Shown here one piece after another: positions 5,717-9,876 of a DNA stretch of 9,876 nucleotides (the first letter of the stretch is position 1; every line of letters begins with the position of its first letter). Position numbers and translations under genes: made by a program. A model generated the notes under the pieces. The model was not told the origin of the DNA and ran no database searches. It saw nothing but the letters and a program-made list of their open reading frames with translations. The stretch is from a virus. Lineage: Duplodnaviria; Heunggongvirae; Uroviricota; Caudoviricetes. The DNA is taken from IMG/VR virus record IMGVR_UViG_2724679236_000015, one strand, 5' to 3'.

Positions 5717-5915
5717 ATACGGCATTTGTACTCGTTCTGACTGTTTTTTTGTTTCTGGTGAACCGATTGATCTTGTTATTGACATACATGACTCAATGGA
5801 AGAATGCATGACTGCCGCGGCAGAGCAAAAAATTCCCGGTAACTGTTATCCGGTCGATAAAGTTATTCATATGGACAATAACGAAATCCCGGCAGGACTT
5901 AAAACAGCACCGTAA
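5713..5915 (+). pseudogene. ydfD-like small membrane (lysis-type) gene, split across two frames at a T7 tract
   Basis: ATG at 5713 overlaps the dicB stop (ATGA). Frame 0 gives a hydrophobic MNTAFVLVLTVFLFLVNRLILLLTYMTQWKNA and stops at 5809-5811. The -1 frame entered at the T-run 5744-5750 reads VSGEPIDLVIDIHDSMEECMTAAAEQKIPGNCYPVDKVIHMDNNEIPAGLKTAP to the TAA at 5913-5915. Confidence 0.45.
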
Positions 5916-5995
5916 TTAATATCCGATTTCATTTTTATATGCCAGCAATGGCAGGGATTTGTTCACACTTAAATCTGTAATGAGGTTAAAACAAA

Positions 5996-8455
5996 ATGAG
6001 TAAAGTCTTTATTTGCGCCGCCATTCCGGACGAACAGGCAACAGCAGAAGGCGCTAAACCTGTGGCCACTGCCATTGAAGCAGGCGACGAACGCCGGGCA
6101 AGAGCCAAATTTAGCTGGTTATTTCTGGAACAATACCCGGAAGCTCAGGACTGTGCTTATAAATTTCTTGTCTGCGAGGATAAACCCGGCATGGCCCGCC
6201 CTGCTCTCGATTCCTGGGATTCCGAATATATGCAGGAAAACCGCTGGAATGAGGAGTCGGCTTCCTTTGTTCCGGTCGACCCTGAACCGGACGCAGAAAT
6301 TGTTAACTTTAATCAGTTATCTGACGACAAGCGGGCTGCTGTCCTTGTCAGGTTCGGTACACATGAAAACATCACCGTGGATATGGTCATCAATGCAAGC
6401 GGGCTTCTCGGCGATGACGAGATGACGACTTTTGATGGACACCTCGCTGAAGCAATTATCCGGACCAGAGAAATTAACGCCATGTATCCAGAGCGTCAGA
6501 TTGAGTACATCAACGATGCCAGACGTGATTTAAAACCAACAGCCAAATGGCCCGACGTTCAGGCGTATTTTCTCGAACGTAAAAAACGCATGGAAAAGGA
6601 GCGCAAAGAAGGTGGCGCATATAATTCCGTCGTCGATCTTGCCCGCGCCAGAGTCAACCGGCAAGGCACTGAAAACTCTGCAGGAAAAACTGGCTCCGTA
6701 ACTGCTGTCATTCGTCGCGAATACAGGCAGACATGGAAAACACTGGATGACGAACTGGCCTACGCTCTCTGGCCTGGTGATGTGGATGCCGGAAACATTG
6801 ACGGCAGCATCCATCGCTGGGCAAAAAATGAAGTTATCGACAACGACCGCGAAGACTGGAAGCGTATCTCGGCATCAATGCGCAAACAGCCTGATGCCCT
6901 TCGCTACGACCGCCAGACTATTTTTGGCCTTGTCCGTGAACGTCCGATCGACATTCACAAAGACCCTGTGGCACTGAACAAATACATTACTGAATACCTG
7001 ACGACAAAAGGCGTGTTTGAAGATGAAGAAACGGATCAGAGTCCTGCTGATGTTCTCCGGTCGTCAGCAACACAAACTGATGCAGTGGAAACAGAAGTAT
7101 CTGGCACCCAAAAAAATGAAAGCGCACTGGAAGCTGAACCATCTGTAGAGCGTGAAGGACCGTTCTACTTCCTCTTTACCGATAAGGACGGCGAAAAATA
7201 CGGTCGCGCAAACAAACTGTCTGGTCTGAATAAGGCGCTGGCTGCCGGGGCTACTGAAATCACCAAAGAAGAATACGTCGCCCGAAAAAATGGCACATAC
7301 ACAGGCTTACCGCAAAATACCAATGCCGCACAAAACTCTGAACAACCAGAGCCGGTAAAAGTTAACACGGTCGAAACAAATAAAAAAATGGAGACAGAAA
7401 ATCTGCCTGATGCCGACAAAGTGCTTACTGCATCACGTGGTGAATTTGTTGAAGGAATTAGCGACCCGAATGATCCGAAGTGGGTTGAGGGGATCCAGAC
7501 TCGCGATTCTGTGTACCAGAATCAGCAAGAAATGGAACAGAACGACCAGAAAGCGGAACAAAACAGCCCGGATGCGCAACAAAACGGGCCAGAAGTGCAA
7601 CAGTCAGAGCCAACAGCACAACAGGAGACTGAAAAAAGCTGCAATACTTGCGGCCGGACTGGCGGTGGAAAATGTCCGGACTGCGGGCCTGTTATGGGTA
7701 ACACAACATATCAGGAAACATTCGATGAAGAAAATCTGGCTGAAAAAGATTCGGAGAAAATGGAAAGCACTGCGCATTCTCGTAAGGAGAGCGCTGGTGA
7801 CGCTCAGCATGGCAATAGCAGTGATGAAACTGGCGAGACGGCAAATCCCCTAATTCCGGTGAACAGTCATCATAAATACATATCCACCAGCAACAGAATG
7901 TGGACTCATATGATGATCGACCTGGAAACCATGGGAAAAAATCCTGATGCTGCAGTTATCTCAATAGGTGCAATATTTTTCGATCCGCAAACCGGAGATA
8001 TTGGGCCAGAATTCAGTAAGACCATCGATCTGGATACTGCTGGCGGTGTCATTGACAGGGACACCATTAAGTGGTGGCTGAAGCAATCGCGCGAAGCGCA
8101 GTCTGCCATTCTGGCTGATGAAATCCCGTTAGATGATGCACTGTTGCAATTACGGGAATTTATCGACGAAAACTCTGGTGAGTTTTTTGTTCAGGTCTGG
8201 GGCAACGGAACCAGTTTCGACAACGTAATTTTACGCCGTTCATACGAACGACAGGGAATCCCCTGCCCGTGGCACTACTGCAATGATCGCGATGTTCGCA
8301 CGATCGTTGAACTGGGAGGAGCCATGGACTTCGATGCCAGAACGGCTATTCCATTCGAAGGCGAGCGCCACAATGCACTTGATGACGCCCGTTACCAGGC
8401 AAAATACGTTTCAGCTATCTGGCAAAAACTGCTCCCAAGTCAGGCTGATTTTTAA
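5996..8455 (+). CDS. Prophage exonuclease: RecE-N-terminal/YdfE-like region fused to a C-terminal DEDDh (DnaQ-like) 3'-5' exonuclease domain
   Basis: 819-aa ORF with GAGG Shine-Dalgarno 10 nt upstream. The C-terminal roughly 190 aa carry DEDDh motifs: IDLETMG (Exo I), VWGNGTSFDNVIL (Exo II), HNALDDARY (Exo III). The segment ASRGEFVEGISDPNDPKWVEGIQTRDSVYQNQ resembles the RecE N-terminal region as I recall it. A C-x2-C-x9-C-x2-C motif (CNTCGRTGGGKCPDC) sits in an acidic, Q-rich linker. Confidence 0.85.
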   Translation: MSKVFICAAIPDEQATAEGAKPVATAIEAGDERRARAKFSWLFLEQYPEAQDCAYKFLVCEDKPGMARPALDSWDSEYMQENRWNEESASFVPVDPEPDAEIVNFNQLSDDKRAAVLVRFGTHENITVDMVINASGLLGDDEMTTFDGHLAEAIIRTREINAMYPERQIEYINDARRDLKPTAKWPDVQAYFLERKKRMEKERKEGGAYNSVVDLARARVNRQGTENSAGKTGSVTAVIRREYRQTWKTLDDELAYALWPGDVDAGNIDGSIHRWAKNEVIDNDREDWKRISASMRKQPDALRYDRQTIFGLVRERPIDIHKDPVALNKYITEYLTTKGVFEDEETDQSPADVLRSSATQTDAVETEVSGTQKNESALEAEPSVEREGPFYFLFTDKDGEKYGRANKLSGLNKALAAGATEITKEEYVARKNGTYTGLPQNTNAAQNSEQPEPVKVNTVETNKKMETENLPDADKVLTASRGEFVEGISDPNDPKWVEGIQTRDSVYQNQQEMEQNDQKAEQNSPDAQQNGPEVQQSEPTAQQETEKSCNTCGRTGGGKCPDCGPVMGNTTYQETFDEENLAEKDSEKMESTAHSRKESAGDAQHGNSSDETGETANPLIPVNSHHKYISTSNRMWTHMMIDLETMGKNPDAAVISIGAIFFDPQTGDIGPEFSKTIDLDTAGGVIDRDTIKWWLKQSREAQSAILADEIPLDDALLQLREFIDENSGEFFVQVWGNGTSFDNVILRRSYERQGIPCPWHYCNDRDVRTIVELGGAMDFDARTAIPFEGERHNALDDARYQAKYVSAIWQKLLPSQADF

Positions 8456-8519
8456 TGTTCAACCCCGGTTGTCGTCCACCAGCTATAGTGGCGGCGACCA
8501 TGATTAGCGAACAACGCTC

Positions 8520-8768
8520 ATGGCAAGACTTATTCTGCTCACTGAGTGGGCAAAAGAGGAATTCAGTGAACCGGTCCCTACTCCGGGTACATTAAGTAAA
8601 TACGCTAAAGCCGGAATGATATTTCCCCTCCCCAAAAAAGTTGGAAGACACTGGCGAGTGGATCCACGGGCTCGTTTTGTCGGAATGGTAAGCAAGCCTG
8701 AGGTGATCGCCACAGATCACCCGGCTTTAAAGAGGATACTGGAAGATGGCTCGCCCTCGAAAATATAA
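8520..8768 (+). CDS. xis: Excisionase (lambda Xis-like)
   Basis: 82-aa protein immediately upstream of int, overlapping its start by 23 nt. LTEWAKEEF...IFPLPKKVGRHWRV resembles the lambda Xis / Rac YdaQ-type winged-helix excisionases. Confidence 0.7.
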   Translation: MARLILLTEWAKEEFSEPVPTPGTLSKYAKAGMIFPLPKKVGRHWRVDPRARFVGMVSKPEVIATDHPALKRILEDGSPSKI

Positions 8769-9876
8769 AACCGATGTTCCGGGGTTATCTCCGTATTTTG
8801 ACAAAAGAAATAACAAAGTTTACTGGCGGTACAGGCATCCCATCACAGGCAAAAATCACGGACTCGGCAGTATTGACCAGAAACTGGCGGAAACCATTGC
8901 AGCAGAAGCAAACAGCCGCCTTGCCAGACAACAAATGGAACAAATGTTCAGTCTGCAGGAAAAAATTATTAGTGATACCGGCGGTTCATCAACCGTTTCA
9001 ATTTTTCTGAATAGTTACAGAAAAATTCAACAGGAAAGATATGAAAACGGAGAGATCAAACTCAACACGCTAAAACAGAAAGCGGCCCCTCTCAGAGTGT
9101 TTGATGAACGTTTTGGAGCCAGGCAATTAGATGCCATAACCGTAAAAGATATTGTATCGGTGTTGGAAGAATACAAAGCAAGAGGACATAACAGAATGGG
9201 ACAAATTTTCAGGAAAGTACTGATCGATGTTTTCCGGGAAGCTCAACAAACAGGCGATGTCCCGCCAGGGTTTAATCCGGCAGAATCGGCAAAAAAACCA
9301 CAGGTACGGGTATCAAGGCAACGACTGACCTTTGATGAGTGGATGATGATTTATAACGCAGCGGAAAAAGAGGGTTACTTTTTACAGCGTGGCATGTTGC
9401 TTGCGCTGATGACAGGGCAGCGTCTTTCGGATATTAGCAAAATGCAGTTTTCGGATATCCGGGATGGCTATCTTCATGTTGAACAGCAAAAAACGGGAGC
9501 CCGAATTGCTATCCCTCTGGCTCTGCGTTGCGATAAATTAAATCTTACCCTGGATGATGTAGTGTCATCCTGTCGCGATTGCGTTCTTAGTCCGTGGTTA
9601 TTGCACCACCATCACGCGAAAGGGACAGCTAAGCGCGGCGGAATGGTTAAACCAGCAACGTTAACTGTTGCATTTAAAAAAGCCCGGGATTCTGTAGATT
9701 ACAACTGGTGTGCCAATGGTACCCCACCCTCTTTCCATGAGCAGAGATCTTTATCAGAACGATTGTTCAGAGAACAGGGAATTGACACCAAAACTTTGCT
9801 GGGCCATTCGAATCAAAAAATGACCGATATTTACAACGACGCACGCGGTAAGGAGTGGAAAAAACTGGTCGTTTGA
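8746..9876 (+). CDS. int: Tyrosine site-specific integrase, lambda Int family
   Basis: 376 aa. Clear similarity to lambda Int as I recall it, including TGQR, KTG, FHEQRSL and LLGH...Y catalytic-region motifs (lambda: TGQR, KTG, FHELRSL, LLGH) and a YWRYRHPITGK N-terminal arm-type region. AGAGGA Shine-Dalgarno upstream. The stop codon is the last 3 nt of the window. Confidence 0.9.
   Translation: MARPRKYKTDVPGLSPYFDKRNNKVYWRYRHPITGKNHGLGSIDQKLAETIAAEANSRLARQQMEQMFSLQEKIISDTGGSSTVSIFLNSYRKIQQERYENGEIKLNTLKQKAAPLRVFDERFGARQLDAITVKDIVSVLEEYKARGHNRMGQIFRKVLIDVFREAQQTGDVPPGFNPAESAKKPQVRVSRQRLTFDEWMMIYNAAEKEGYFLQRGMLLALMTGQRLSDISKMQFSDIRDGYLHVEQQKTGARIAIPLALRCDKLNLTLDDVVSSCRDCVLSPWLLHHHHAKGTAKRGGMVKPATLTVAFKKARDSVDYNWCANGTPPSFHEQRSLSERLFREQGIDTKTLLGHSNQKMTDIYNDARGKEWKKLVV

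Larger units (their letters stand above)
1..9876. mobile_element. Segment of a lambdoid prophage (Qin/Rac-like): replication module, dicA/dicC immunity switch, dicF-dicB early-left operon, exonuclease, xis-int
   Basis: Gene order and orientation: cro-like, cII-analog and O-like genes on the minus strand; repressor, dicF/dicB, exonuclease, xis and int on the plus strand; iterons inside the O-like gene; integrase is the last gene and ends at 9876, so the attachment site lies outside the window. Confidence 0.8.

Noticed and set aside
8466-8500. Imperfect hairpin between the exonuclease stop and xis
   Set aside because: The stem has bulges and no T-run; not enough to call a terminator or regulatory site.
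6075-8507. Nested or antisense ORFs inside the 819-aa exonuclease gene (6075-6425, 6530-6814, 6747-6977, 7165-7419, 7410-7853, 7522-7704, 7604-7810, 7906-8109, 8283-8507)
   Set aside because: The long frame has clear domain signatures; these are alternative-frame artefacts, including the K/R-rich frame mirroring the acidic, Q-rich linker.
8504-9010. ORFs 8504-8713 (-) and 8774-9010 (+)
   Set aside because: Antisense to xis and out of frame within int respectively; both real genes have strong family resemblance.
8746-9876. First impression that the integrase was P4-type, implying a P4-like satellite or island
   Set aside because: Motif-by-motif comparison fits lambda Int better (arm-binding N-terminus, TGQR/KTG/FHEQRSL/LLGH...Y), and the neighbouring genes are lambdoid (xis, exonuclease, dicA/dicC, O-like).
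1-9876. CRISPR arrays, tRNA/rRNA genes, IS elements
   Set aside because: No spacer-repeat periodicity, no tRNA-like cloverleaf candidates and no transposase-like ORFs or terminal inverted repeats seen; the only regular repeats are the iterons inside the O-like gene.

Overview
The window reads as the immunity and early-left arm of a lambdoid enterobacterial prophage with Qin/Rac-like organisation, ending at the integrase stop codon (9876). All calls rest on reading the six-frame translations and the DNA directly; no database search was run. A divergent repressor pair (DicA-like on +, 3755-4162; DicC/Cro-like on -, 3671-3441) sits in the middle, flanked by TTAG(T/C)-N4-(A/G)CTAA operator palindromes. 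Leftward on the minus strand: a YdaT-like (CII-analog) gene, an O-like replication initiator with lambda-style iterons inside its coding sequence, a 140-aa HTH-like protein, an AT-rich opposite-strand 90-aa moron, and a frame-split QueH/DUF208-like gene. Rightward on the plus strand: the dicA terminator and operon promoter, a ydfA-like small gene, a 121-aa unknown, an antisense 66-aa ORF, a DicF sRNA variant, dicB, a frame-split ydfD-like gene, an 819-aa RecE-N-terminal-like protein with a C-terminal DEDDh 3'-5' exonuclease domain, then xis and a lambda-type tyrosine integrase. I see no tRNA, rRNA, CRISPR array or IS element. I did not find an obvious multi-gene novel system; the best candidates for undescribed biology are the antisense 66-aa gene inside the dicB operon, the 90-aa moron, the prophage-borne QueH-like gene, and the exonuclease with no annealase partner.
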